A stretch of 43,522 nucleotides of DNA, from NCBI GenBank assembly GCA_034530615.2, contig JAVRCV020000011.1:1-43522 (forward strand), read 5' to 3'. The position numbers were made by a program, and so were the translations under genes. How positions within the stretch are numbered: the stretch's first letter is position 1; each line of letters begins with the position of its first letter. Below are positions 1-9,685 of the stretch, in pieces. This DNA is from Aulosira sp. ZfuVER01 (GTDB lineage: Bacteria; Cyanobacteriota; Cyanobacteriia; Cyanobacteriales; Nostocaceae). The notes under the pieces are model-generated. The model was not told where the DNA came from. It ran no database searches and was given only the letters and a program-made list of their open reading frames with translations.

Positions 1-230
1 TGCCGCCACCATCCGGTTTGGGATTGGGATTGCCGCCACCATCCGGTTTGGGATTAGGGTTGCCGCCGCCATCTGGCTTGGGATTGGGATTGCCGCCACC
101 ATCCGGTTTGGGATTTGGATTGCCGCCACCATCCGGTTTGGGATTAGGGTTGCCGCCGCCATCTGGCTTGGGATTGGGATTGCCGCCACCATCCGGTTTG
201 GGATTGGGGTTGCCGCCACCATCCGGTTTG
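1..230. repeat. 30-bp coding tandem repeat (about 7.7 units, continues off the window) encoding KPDGGGNPNP on the minus strand
   Basis: Unit TGCCGCCACCATCCGGTTTGGGATTGGGAT. Variants are synonymous in the minus-strand frame of the FecR ORF. Confidence 0.95.
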
Positions 231-1279
231 GAAGCAGGATCGGGACTAGAGTTTGGATTCTTAGGCTGATCTACTAATGAAGGGATTTGTGGTTTTGGTG
301 AAGTTTGGGTAGTATCAACACCAACATTATTAGTATTATTTACTGGTTGCTCATTAGACTGGACTTGTCCCGTATCTACTAAGGTGTCTACCGGGAGAGT
401 ATCTTTGACTGTGGTGTCTTTGGTGTCTACTGAAGAATTGTTGTTATTAGTGCTATTGTTATTTTCCTCCTTCTTACTTTCGTCATTATTATTTTCGTTG
501 CTCGTAGAAGTGGAGGAAGTAGCAGTTAGCTGTAAAAATGATGGGTTTTCTATTACTCCCTCGCCCTTAATTGGCGTTTGTGTAGCTACGGCTGTTGCGG
601 TTTCTGCTTGAACGCTGGCGATCGCAGGATCTGGTGTAGGTGTAACATTCTGTCTAGTTAAATCTAGATCTCGAACTAAATCGCTCGTTTCATAAAAATT
701 TCTTAAATCAAAATCGTATAAACCTTGAAATTTACCTTTAACAATAACCATCAGTTGCCCTGCTTCTAGCACCTGACTTTGAGAAGCTTGTTTATTCGAG
801 ACCTCAATACCACTATCTGTAAGCGCGCCTACAATTGTCGTATCGGTTTTTTCGTCATAGCGTACAAATAATGCTGAACCACGGATTGCTGCTGCTGCAT
901 TCGGTGTTTGTATACGTGTTTGACCCCTACCTGGTGGAATGAGCAGCAATACAGTTCCATTTGTTAGTCTAAAGTTACGGGTTTTAGGTAAAAACTGAAA
1001 TATTGCCTGTTCCCCAACCCGTGCTAAAGAGCCATCGTTGAAGCGTAAATCAGCAAGAGATGCTCGACCGGTGGATAACCCATCCCCAGGAATCATTGCA
1101 TCTGATTTGCGTGCTGGACGCTTCTTGGGGCCATTTCTGGGAATTAACTGCACTAAGTTACGCAGTTCTTGAATTTCAGCTCGTGTCAAAGGTGTAGTTG
1201 AACTTGCCCTTTCTGAAAAAGGCAATACTATAACTCCCCATACACTAATAACTAAAAGTGGTAAAAATTTCTGAAGCAT
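1..1279 (-). CDS. FecR-domain secreted/periplasmic protein with Pro/Gly/Asn-rich repeat tail (partial; 3' end beyond window)
   Basis: Not in the ORF track because no stop lies in the window. Manual translation from ATG at 1279: MLQKFLPLLVISVWGVIVLPFSERA (signal-like), then GDGLSTGRASLADLRFNDGSLARVGEQA...GTVLLLIPPG...IQTPNAAAAIRGS, a typical FecR-domain pattern. The frame continues through a low-complexity region into KPDGGGNPNP repeats. Confidence 0.85.
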   Translation of the reverse strand, partial: MLQKFLPLLVISVWGVIVLPFSERASSTTPLTRAEIQELRNLVQLIPRNGPKKRPARKSDAMIPGDGLSTGRASLADLRFNDGSLARVGEQAIFQFLPKTRNFRLTNGTVLLLIPPGRGQTRIQTPNAAAAIRGSALFVRYDEKTDTTIVGALTDSGIEVSNKQASQSQVLEAGQLMVIVKGKFQGLYDFDLRNFYETSDLVRDLDLTRQNVTPTPDPAIASVQAETATAVATQTPIKGEGVIENPSFLQLTATSSTSTSNENNNDESKKEENNNSTNNNNSSVDTKDTTVKDTLPVDTLVDTGQVQSNEQPVNNTNNVGVDTTQTSPKPQIPSLVDQPKNPNSSPDPASKPDGGGNPNPKPDGGGNPNPKPDGGGNPNPKPDGGGNPNPKPDGGGNPNPKPDGGGNPNPKPDGGGNPNPKPDGGG

Positions 1280-1682
1280 GGTTTGAAGACTCAGAAGATT
1301 TAACTAATGCCAATCTGTGCTAAAGATAAATTCTGTTTAAAACCTATTTTTTTGTTAAAATTTATACTTTTTAAGTAAACTAGCTTGTCCGCCTAAGTTT
1401 AGTTAGCTTATTTTAATAAAGTAGGTGCGAATGGTATCATGTTCATTTTAAACTTAATACATTAAGATATTTATAGATAATAAAATTTAATATCTCTAAG
1501 TTTTTTGCTTGAAGAAGTACAAATATCATATATAGTAATCTTTAATCTTACACTCGAGTTTTCGATAATAGAGGCATAAATTCAGGGATAAGTTAATTGG
1601 AAATTTAATAATTATCATAATTAGGAATTTCCAAGGCAGCTTGTGAATCTACCTTTGGCAAACGCGATTAAAGCCATCAAAG

Positions 1683-3290
1683 ATGCAACCCAAGGGCTGG
1701 AAAAATTTTTTGTTTGCGGTTTTGTTAACGACTAATGGCGCAAACTGGTATTGCACCAATGTAGATAAAGCATGGGCTGAAAATTCTGATACGCAGTCAC
1801 AGCGTGTACGAGGTACTCTCAAGAATGTAGCATTAAAAGTAACATCTTTACCAAATACACAGATTTATTATCAGCAATGTAAGCAGGTTCAGCCATATAA
1901 AAATAGTCATCAATCGCTATACTTGGAAGCAGCTAAGTTAGCAAATATAGATGATAGTCAGCAAGTTTCAAAAGCTGATGATAATATCTCCTCCTTTAAG
2001 CAGATTGACATCGTGAGATTTGATAAAGGAGAGAGTTGTTTTGACAGCTTCCTTAGTTCAGATAGCTCTTTGCAGTTACCTTTGTCTGGCTTGACTATTA
2101 AAAGTTCAAAAGCTAGTGGTAGCTGTGAAGACAATTTGTGTAACAAATCAATTAATCTGAGGAGTGTACATTTACAAAGACTAGCTAATTCGATACAGCT
2201 AGGACAAGCAACAACTCAAGCTAATCCAGAAACTCCCAGTTCTCAACCTAGCGCTGCAACACCAGAAACCCCTAGAGATTTAGAAAAGCAAAACGATGCG
2301 CCACCTTTAGAAGGCCAGCCTGGAACTATTCCTAACTCTTCTCCAGAAAAAATAGAGCAGCTGTTGGAAAGTCCACAGAGCGATTACTCGCAAAGGCGAG
2401 AGACGCTAAGACGAATATTGCAACAAAAAACACAGTCTTCATCTACCACTAGCAATCAGGAATTGGGATTGCGGGTAAGAGCAAGAACATTACCAGAATT
2501 ACCACCACTAGAACAACAACCTCCTACACCCATAGAAAAACCTGTGGTGCAGTTTACACCTGTGGGCTACTTACAAGCTCGTGTTGGTTACTTTTACTCA
2601 ACTAACATTTTTTCGGCAAATGTTGATCCTATACAGGACAGCCTAATTTTTTATGGGTTAACATTAGCCTCTGCATATTTCCCATTGGGTTCTAAGACTT
2701 ATATTAATGGTTCGATTGATGGCAACCAAATTCGTTATATAGATCAATCAATCTATGATTACAATCAGTTGAGATTCAATCTGAGTTTGTATCAGCAACT
2801 ATCACGCAGAATGTATGGACAAATCGCTTGGAGCAATCAACTTTTGTTCTACATGAACAATGGTGATTATTTTAAGGCAGGCGATCGCTTTTTGAACGAA
2901 AATTCGATCCGGTTATCTTTAGGACGAAGAGATCCCCTCAGTTCCAAATTGTTTCTTGATAGCTTTTATGAATTGAGCTTGAATTTTTCCGATCCCGAAA
3001 GTCGGAGTCGGATAATTAATTCTTTTTGGTTATCTTTGAGCTACTACTTGCAACAACCTCTGCAAGTTGGCATTAACTATCAGTTTAACTTGTCAAATTT
3101 TACGAATCGCCCAGACGCTAGAGAAGACGCTTTCCATCGCTTATTTGGGAACTTAAGTTATCGAGTATCTAACTCCAGCAACTTTAATGTTCAAGGTGGT
3201 GTTACCTTTGGTGGTTCTACTGCTCCCAACATTAGTTTTGATGGTTGGTTCTTCAGTCTGAATTACAGCTGGGATTTAGGACAATTTTAA
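1683..3290 (+). CDS. Putative outer-membrane beta-barrel protein with N-terminal low-complexity region
   Basis: 535 aa with a signal-like N-terminus and a Pro/Gln/Thr-rich linker. The C-terminal ~240 aa show alternating aromatic-rich beta-strands and end in LNYSWDLGQF (terminal Phe, BAM-type signature). Confidence 0.7.
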   Translation: MQPKGWKNFLFAVLLTTNGANWYCTNVDKAWAENSDTQSQRVRGTLKNVALKVTSLPNTQIYYQQCKQVQPYKNSHQSLYLEAAKLANIDDSQQVSKADDNISSFKQIDIVRFDKGESCFDSFLSSDSSLQLPLSGLTIKSSKASGSCEDNLCNKSINLRSVHLQRLANSIQLGQATTQANPETPSSQPSAATPETPRDLEKQNDAPPLEGQPGTIPNSSPEKIEQLLESPQSDYSQRRETLRRILQQKTQSSSTTSNQELGLRVRARTLPELPPLEQQPPTPIEKPVVQFTPVGYLQARVGYFYSTNIFSANVDPIQDSLIFYGLTLASAYFPLGSKTYINGSIDGNQIRYIDQSIYDYNQLRFNLSLYQQLSRRMYGQIAWSNQLLFYMNNGDYFKAGDRFLNENSIRLSLGRRDPLSSKLFLDSFYELSLNFSDPESRSRIINSFWLSLSYYLQQPLQVGINYQFNLSNFTNRPDAREDAFHRLFGNLSYRVSNSSNFNVQGGVTFGGSTAPNISFDGWFFSLNYSWDLGQF

Positions 3291-3467
3291 CAAGAGTTAA
3301 GAGTCAAGGAGTTGAGAAGTTGCTGTAATTATACTGAATCAGCTTGACTGGAGCGACAATCTGCTAACTTCAGTTGAAGTAGTACAAGCGATCGCTCGCC
3401 TTCCACGTTAAATTTAGACTTAGGATTACAGCAAGCGATCGCTAAACATAAGTAACGTAATTTTTTA

Positions 3468-4523
3468 TTATCTAGGTTTATTTAGACAACTAAAAGTTGA
3501 GTTTAAGTTCTGACATTCTCTAGCTTCAAGCACTTGCTTGTTGATAACTGCTGATTGCGCACTCATTAACTGTGTTCCTGCTACTGCCAGCGTACCAATA
3601 GCAGCTAGACTTAGGACAAAAGTTTGTTTTCTACTTTTTACAGATGCAACTAAAGTTTGTAAATCAGTAGCATTACCAATAACTGAAATAGGTTTCAGTG
3701 CTGCTAACGCGACTGCTGCATTAGCATAGCGATGTTGACGTTTGTGTGCAACCATTTTCATCAGCCACGATCTAAAATCTGGACTAATTTGGGGCACTAA
3801 TTTCTGGAAATTAAAGCGATGTTTAGCATCAATTAACTGACTAATATCCACAGAACGGGTACGAGTGAGTAAACAAATTAGTGTTGCTCCTAAACTGTAC
3901 AAATCTGAAGCCTCTGTAAGGGGATAACCAAACTGTTCTTCTGGTGGCATAAAGCCTGGTGTTCCTACAGCAAAACTGCTGAGACTCATCTTTGCACCTA
4001 GTGTTTTAGCCAAGCCAAAATCTATCAGGTAAGCATTAAGCAGGTCATCAACTAAAACATTTTCGGGTTTTATATCCCGATGAATAATGGGTGCTATTCG
4101 CTTTTGTAGATAAACCAAAATTTCTAAAACTGAAACAGCAATTTGTTGAATTTCTTCAGGATGAAAGCTGCGTTGTAATCCTAACGATGGAGCGTTTTTA
4201 TATTCTTGCAACATATAAAAACCCGTTGATGTTTCAAAAGAATCTACATAACGGGGAATGCGAGAATGATTTAGTTGTTGCAAGATTTTAATTTCGCGTT
4301 CATAAGCTTTCAAACCTGACCAATCAGGGATTACACTAGCAAAGCGAAACTCTTTAATCACTACTCTTTGGTCAGTCTTGAGTTCATAAGCTAGATAAGT
4401 AGTACGTCCCGCTTCCCGATTACGTCCTAATTCTTGGATAACTTGATAGCCTTGCTGAGAAAAATCTGGATAGTTACCTAAGGGAGTATCCCCTTGATAT
4501 CCATTGCGCACATCAAGTTCCAT
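3468..4523 (-). CDS. Hanks-type Ser/Thr protein kinase with C-terminal TM segment
   Basis: Motifs VVIKE, HRDIKPEN, DFG, GTPGFMPPE and SDLYSLG. Hydrophobic stretch FVLSLAAIGTLAVAG near the C-terminus. Start uncertain (TTG 4529 or ATG 4523). Confidence 0.93.
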   Translation of the reverse strand: MELDVRNGYQGDTPLGNYPDFSQQGYQVIQELGRNREAGRTTYLAYELKTDQRVVIKEFRFASVIPDWSGLKAYEREIKILQQLNHSRIPRYVDSFETSTGFYMLQEYKNAPSLGLQRSFHPEEIQQIAVSVLEILVYLQKRIAPIIHRDIKPENVLVDDLLNAYLIDFGLAKTLGAKMSLSSFAVGTPGFMPPEEQFGYPLTEASDLYSLGATLICLLTRTRSVDISQLIDAKHRFNFQKLVPQISPDFRSWLMKMVAHKRQHRYANAAVALAALKPISVIGNATDLQTLVASVKSRKQTFVLSLAAIGTLAVAGTQLMSAQSAVINKQVLEARECQNLNSTFSCLNKPR

Positions 4524-4718
4524 AGACAATCACCACACGATTTTAATTTGGTCAAATCAAGGATGAAGAATGAATTCTCAAGCTACCTCACTCATGCAAG
4601 TGACTCCTGAATAGCGAAAAAAATCAGATTTTTTCGCTCACCAGAGGTAGCTTGTATCTTGTTTCATCCTCATCCTTTACGCGAATTGGGAAAAAGTTAA
4701 GATCCCTCTTGCACAAAG

Positions 4719-4749
4719 GCGCATAGACGCCGAGAAGACGCCTATGCGC
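4719..4749 (-). terminator. Probable intrinsic terminator of the alpha/beta hydrolase gene
   Basis: On the minus strand GCGCATAGGCGTC-TTCTC-GGCGTCTATGCGC forms a 13-bp stem (G-U pairs work only on this strand), 8 nt after the stop, followed by CTTTGT. Confidence 0.6.
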
Positions 4750-4756
4750 GAAATCA

Positions 4757-5647
4757 TCACCTTTGCGCTAGCCAATCCACAATTTGGGTATTGACAACAT
4801 CTGGAACTTCATCATGGGGACAATGACCGGCGTTAGGAATGGGAATAATTTTGATTGCTTTGCCATTCTCACGCGCTTCTTCGTAAATCTTTGCTCCCGT
4901 AATTGGTGTCCAAGGGTCATCAGCACCCCAAATTACCAACAAAGGACGTTCTACCTTAGGTAAAAGTTCCGCCGGAGTAGGGCCGGGAGGTGCTGTAAGA
5001 ATAGATGCGAAAACTTGCTGCGCTCCTGGGTCGCAAGCTGGGGTATAAAGTAAATCAACTAATTCATCTGTCACAGCTTCGCGGTTGCGGTACACCTGGT
5101 AGAGGGTGCGGCGAATTTGGGCTTTTTGACGGATGCGGTTAAAGACTAATTTGCCTGTAATAGGCGATCGCACTACTCTGTTAAAAGCTGCCATCACAAT
5201 CCGTAACGGTGGGTTCAATTCGTGGGGACGATGACTCAACCCACCAGCAGAGTTAATTAAAACACCACCCGCAGCAATTTCTGGATGTTCTGCTAATACC
5301 ATCAAGCTGATAAGTGCGCCAATGGAATTACCGATAAATACAGCAGGTTCTTTGATGTGTGCTGTCCAAAAATCTTTGAGCAGTTCCACCCATACTTCTA
5401 CGCTGTAATTAATTGCTGCTTTCTCAGAACCGCCAAAACCCAATAAATCTATAGCGAAAACTTGATAACCAGCATTTGCTAAAACTGGGATATTTTTGCG
5501 CCAGTGTCCAATAGAAGCACCAAAGCCGTGAACTAGCACCAGAGGGCGACCTGTACCCATGACAGTGTACTGAATTTTATAGCCCTGCCAAGTCCAAAGG
5601 TATTTTTCCAAAGTGACTGAAGGTAACGGCTGGGTAGTTAAATTCAT
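4757..5647 (-). CDS. Alpha/beta fold hydrolase
   Basis: HGFG oxyanion motif, GNSIG nucleophile elbow, WGADD and GHCPHDE. ATG at 5647 (MNLTTQ) is preferred over the longer ORF-track start at 5782. Confidence 0.92.
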   Translation of the reverse strand: MNLTTQPLPSVTLEKYLWTWQGYKIQYTVMGTGRPLVLVHGFGASIGHWRKNIPVLANAGYQVFAIDLLGFGGSEKAAINYSVEVWVELLKDFWTAHIKEPAVFIGNSIGALISLMVLAEHPEIAAGGVLINSAGGLSHRPHELNPPLRIVMAAFNRVVRSPITGKLVFNRIRQKAQIRRTLYQVYRNREAVTDELVDLLYTPACDPGAQQVFASILTAPPGPTPAELLPKVERPLLVIWGADDPWTPITGAKIYEEARENGKAIKIIPIPNAGHCPHDEVPDVVNTQIVDWLAQR

Positions 5648-6020
5648 TATTAAGATTCCTAAAGTATTTTTTTTATAGTAATATCTCCCACCTGTAACAA
5701 TTCTGAACAAAATGCTATTTATTTTTGAACCAACCCCACTTGGGTTAAGAGCAAACGGCTGAACAAGCACGACTGGATGCAATACCTAAATTATTAGAGT
5801 TGGGCTTAAGTGTGGAGCAAGTTGCAAAAACACTTACCTTAAGCGTGGATGAGGTAAAAAGATTTGCGCGATAGCAATCAGTAATATTACTTTACTAAAA
5901 GTGTGGTTTTTATTTGGCTAAGTATAAATTATTCATGTTAGTTTCATCTAAATTACGGGATTAATAATTCCAGGAAATAAAAATTTCCCTTGACCTAATA
6001 GCCCATCGGTATGGACTGAG

Positions 6021-7727
6021 ATGAAACACATAAATCAGAGTTACTTAGCTTACTTAAGCAAAGTTGTTGTTGCTGCTACGTTTGTAGCAATGTTTTCGCC
6101 AACAGCTTATGCCAACACGGCTTCAGGGTCTTCTACCAACATCGCACAAACACTAGGAAATTCTACAAGTCAACAACTTTTAGCTGATAAAGAAGTAGAA
6201 ACGACCCGTAGCACCACTATTCGGCAGCGAACTGTGACGACAGAACGCCGCAACCAGGTAATCACTAGTAGTAATTCCGTAAAGGGAAAAGCAACTGGCT
6301 TTAATCTTGCTGTTTGGCAACCTGCTGGTAATTTTTCGGAAGTAATTACCCGTATTTCTGTCAAGGGTAAACGTGGCAAGGGTTATTTAAAAGAACGGTT
6401 TTTGGGTGATTACAAGTACAAGATTAAGCAAAAAGCCAAATTTGTGAAGGGCTTAAGAGCAGGCGATCGCGTTATCGTACGGTTGTATGATACTCAAAAC
6501 CGCTTTATTGGCTACAGCGAATTTGAATGTTTAGCAGCAAATACGACAGTTAATTTAATCTTGTCTGCTAACCCCAGTGAGTATCAAGTTGTACGCACTG
6601 TCTATGGTGTTGATACGAACTCGGACGGCAACATTGACTCAGGTACTACCACCTACGACTACTTCACTCAAGTTAGCAACGAACGTGTTAGCTTCCTGAG
6701 TAGTTCACAGTCAATCAATGTTAGCGAATTCCAAGTCCAAGGTTGGTCAGCAGTTCCAGCAACCAGCGTTTATCCTACCTCTTTCACTCAAGGTGAGTAT
6801 ACCTTGGTGCGCCAATCAATTAATGCTTTCAGTTCCAGTTCAGCTTTAGCTTTGAAGGCTAGACCTGGTGAAGTGGTGGATATTATTGCACTCAGCGATG
6901 ACAACAATTCTGTCTATAATGTCAGCCAGATGATGATGAATTATCGCGAGGTTGGTGTAGACAACAGCGTTCAAGTTAAGTTTGATGATGTATCAGAAAA
7001 TCACTGGGCTAAAGATTTTATTGCTGAATTAGCAGCATTACAAATTATCCAAGGTTTTCCTGATGGTAGTTTCCGTCCAGATGAACAGTTGACTCGCGCC
7101 CAATTTGCAGCGATGCTGAGTCAGGCTTTTGACCAGGTGAAAGTTCGCAACCCTATCAGTTTTAGGGATGTTTCTACCAGCCACTGGGCTTATAGTGCTA
7201 TCCGCGAGGCTTATTCAAAAGGCTTTTTAGCAGTTTCGAGTAATCAATTTAACCCTGCTCAAAGTCTATCTCGCCTGGAAGTTTTGCTAACCTTAGCACG
7301 AGGTCTAAACTACACATTTAGCGGTTCTACGGAAACGATTTTAGCCGCTTACACCGATGCTGTTTCAATTCGTAGCGATGTCCGCAATGCGATCGCGGCA
7401 CTCACACAACGAGGTATTGTAGTCAATTATCCTGATGTGCAAACTCTGAATGCTAATAAAGTAGCAACTAGAGCTGAAGTCACTGCTTTGATATACAAAT
7501 CATTAGTCAGCACTGGTGAAGTGGCAGATATATCCTCTCAGTATGCTGTCGAAAGAACTCAACGTTCTGAAGTTTTGGATGAAACTATAACCCCAGCAGA
7601 AAGTAAAAAACCACGCCGTCATTGTAACCAAGGTATTGGTAATGGTGCAGAAGGTTGCGACCCTGGTAATTCTCATCCCCACGGTGGTAGCAACGATGAA
7701 AGTGGACGTACTCCTGGGAGAAAGTGA
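6021..7727 (+). CDS. S-layer homology (SLH) domain protein
   Basis: Signal peptide (..PTAYA) and three SLH repeats (FDDVSENHWA..GFPDGSFRPDEQLTRAQFA; FRDVSTSHWA..SRLE; ..ATRAEV). Confidence 0.92.
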   Translation: MKHINQSYLAYLSKVVVAATFVAMFSPTAYANTASGSSTNIAQTLGNSTSQQLLADKEVETTRSTTIRQRTVTTERRNQVITSSNSVKGKATGFNLAVWQPAGNFSEVITRISVKGKRGKGYLKERFLGDYKYKIKQKAKFVKGLRAGDRVIVRLYDTQNRFIGYSEFECLAANTTVNLILSANPSEYQVVRTVYGVDTNSDGNIDSGTTTYDYFTQVSNERVSFLSSSQSINVSEFQVQGWSAVPATSVYPTSFTQGEYTLVRQSINAFSSSSALALKARPGEVVDIIALSDDNNSVYNVSQMMMNYREVGVDNSVQVKFDDVSENHWAKDFIAELAALQIIQGFPDGSFRPDEQLTRAQFAAMLSQAFDQVKVRNPISFRDVSTSHWAYSAIREAYSKGFLAVSSNQFNPAQSLSRLEVLLTLARGLNYTFSGSTETILAAYTDAVSIRSDVRNAIAALTQRGIVVNYPDVQTLNANKVATRAEVTALIYKSLVSTGEVADISSQYAVERTQRSEVLDETITPAESKKPRRHCNQGIGNGAEGCDPGNSHPHGGSNDESGRTPGRK

Positions 7728-7754
7728 GAAATAGACGAGTAATTTACTAATTTT

Positions 7755-7797
7755 AAAAACCCGGTTTATTTTCAGATAAATACCGGGTTTTCGTTTT
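7755..7797. terminator. Bidirectional terminator-like hairpin between convergent SLH and MscS genes
   Basis: AAAACCCGGT...ACCGGGTTTT inverted repeat with A/T runs on both sides. Confidence 0.65.
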
Positions 7798-8823
7798 TCA
7801 ACGTTCGACTTGTGCTGAATTTTCCTGCATATACAACTCTCTAGTGGGAAAAGGTATTTTAATTCCTTCTTGTTGATAGCGTTTGTGCAATTTCTTAATA
7901 AATAAATGCTTGCCGATGCGCTGGTCAAAAAATTCATTGACGCGCATATATAAAGTAAAATCTATACTAAAATCACCAAATTTATTAAACCTTATATAAG
8001 GTTCATTTGCGATTAACTCTGGTGCTATCTCTTGCATTACTTCTTTAGCAACTTGAACAGTTACTTTTTCTACCTGTTCTAAATCGCTCTCATAATCTAC
8101 TCCGACATTAAGTGTTAATGTAATTTCTTTGACTGGTAGATGATAATTAATAAAAATTGCTGAGGCTAGCTTAGAATTGGGGACAATTATGACGTTATTA
8201 GAAAGTTCTCTAATAGTTGTACTTCTCCAAGAAATATCTATAACATATCCTTCATGGTTATCTGCTAGTTTGACATAATCTCCGGTTCTGACTTGCTTGG
8301 AAATCAATAAGTAGAAACCAGAAAACAAATTCTCTAGCGTATCTTTAAGTGCTAAACCAACTGCAAGACCACTAATCCCTAATGTTGTGACTACTGGTGT
8401 AATTTGGACACCTAATGTTTGTAATAAAATTAATGACCCTAAAACTAAGACAGTAGCTTTAGCGATATTAGCAACTAGTGATGCTGAAACTCCTTCGGTT
8501 CTATGGGTAAATAAATTCACAAAACCAGCAGTCAATCTAGCCAAAACTAGAGTCACTGAGGACAGTACAATTATAGTAATAATTTTTTGCAGTAAGTTAG
8601 CAACATCTGGCTTAATCGGAGCGCTCAGAATAGCTGCCAAAAATCCCGCGATCGCAAACCAAAGAAAGGTCATGCGATGTAGGGAGGAAAATATAATTTC
8701 ACTTCCAGGAATTTTTGTTTTGGTAACAAATATTTTCAGCTTCTTGAAGAGAAATTTTTCCCCAATTATTCCAGCTAGTAAGCCAGCTAAAATAAATACA
8801 ATCGGCAGAATCCATTGCATCAT
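7798..8823 (-). CDS. mscS: Small-conductance mechanosensitive channel (MscS family)
   Basis: TM helices followed by GLAVGLALKDTLENLFSG, GDYV..G.V.DISWRST, VPNS and GIKIPFP. Confidence 0.92.
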   Translation of the reverse strand: MMQWILPIVFILAGLLAGIIGEKFLFKKLKIFVTKTKIPGSEIIFSSLHRMTFLWFAIAGFLAAILSAPIKPDVANLLQKIITIIVLSSVTLVLARLTAGFVNLFTHRTEGVSASLVANIAKATVLVLGSLILLQTLGVQITPVVTTLGISGLAVGLALKDTLENLFSGFYLLISKQVRTGDYVKLADNHEGYVIDISWRSTTIRELSNNVIIVPNSKLASAIFINYHLPVKEITLTLNVGVDYESDLEQVEKVTVQVAKEVMQEIAPELIANEPYIRFNKFGDFSIDFTLYMRVNEFFDQRIGKHLFIKKLHKRYQQEGIKIPFPTRELYMQENSAQVER

Positions 8824-8889
8824 AATCAATTTGAAATTGGATATTTAAAATTACGGGACTCAATGAGGGTAACTCACATTTGGTAAATT

Positions 8890-9411
8890 TTACCTTGTAA
8901 GTTGCCGAAGTAACTGTTTGAGATTTTCTGAACTCATAGTAACTTTTACTTCTAGCTGTTGCGTTGCATCCTGTAAAGTGAGGATGTAGTTTTCACCAGA
9001 TGGATTATATAAATATTGGGGGTTTGTGAGAGAAATTGTTTGATAGGCAATAGTCTTTAAACCTACGCGGATAACTAGTTCTTTTTGTGACTGAGGAAAA
9101 ATATATAAATATTGGTGCAGGCTATCAAGAATTAGTTTGTACGGTGTGGTGTTACGTTCCTGAGGGGAATCAGGTTTACACCAATAGAGAGTAATACCAC
9201 GAATTTCTGGGTTAGCGATCGCAAAATTTTCATCAAATCTTTTTGCTTCCCAGTCTAGTTGCTCAACTTCGCTATTTTGCGTAATTATGCGTTGTTGCCA
9301 AGTAACTTCTTTACCATTGAGGTTTGCCCACCATTGACCAATGGTAGCTAAATTTTCGGGATTCTCCGGATTGCCACTACCGGGTTGCCACAGAGTTTTT
9401 AGTTGCATCAT
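8890..9411 (-). CDS. Hypothetical protein
   Basis: 173-aa ORF with ATG start and normal composition, co-oriented with mscS. No recognisable motif. Confidence 0.7.
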   Translation of the reverse strand: MMQLKTLWQPGSGNPENPENLATIGQWWANLNGKEVTWQQRIITQNSEVEQLDWEAKRFDENFAIANPEIRGITLYWCKPDSPQERNTTPYKLILDSLHQYLYIFPQSQKELVIRVGLKTIAYQTISLTNPQYLYNPSGENYILTLQDATQQLEVKVTMSSENLKQLLRQLTR

Positions 9412-9525
9412 CGGTTACAAATTAAGCACTGAGGCTTGATTGCTATGTTCTGCTTGTAACTTTTAGTGTAAACATTTATCGAAGATGACACGGGGATGAG
9501 AGAAGAGGGACAAGGGGGACAAGGG

Positions 9526-9618
9526 GGAGCCACTGCGTTGCGGAGGACAGTTGCATGGGCGGGTTTCCCGACTTGAGCAAACTGTCCGTCGGGTTCCCCG
9601 CGTTGTAGCAAGTGGCGT
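9526..9618. mobile_element. Small dispersed repeat (SDR-type hairpin element) with a second copy nested inside
   Basis: Outer GGAGCCACTGC...GCAAGTGGCGT is interrupted by inner AGGACAGTTGC...GCAAACTGTCCGTC. Related copies lie at 29538 and 36310. Confidence 0.75.
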
Positions 9619-9685
9619 TGACAAGAAGAACAATAAATGACTCTTGCCTATTGCCTTCTTAACAAATGACCAATGACAAACGCCT

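Noticed and set aside
1..230. 30-bp repeats as a CRISPR array
   Set aside because: Units are contiguous with no unique spacers, are a multiple of 3 in length, vary synonymously in a coding frame, and no cas genes are present.
18..611. Plus-strand ORFs 18-269 and 384-611
   Set aside because: Antisense shadows of the minus-strand FecR gene's low-complexity region.
9408..9611. 67-aa minus-strand ORF
   Set aside because: Translates through the nested SDR and STRR repeats and lacks an ATG start.
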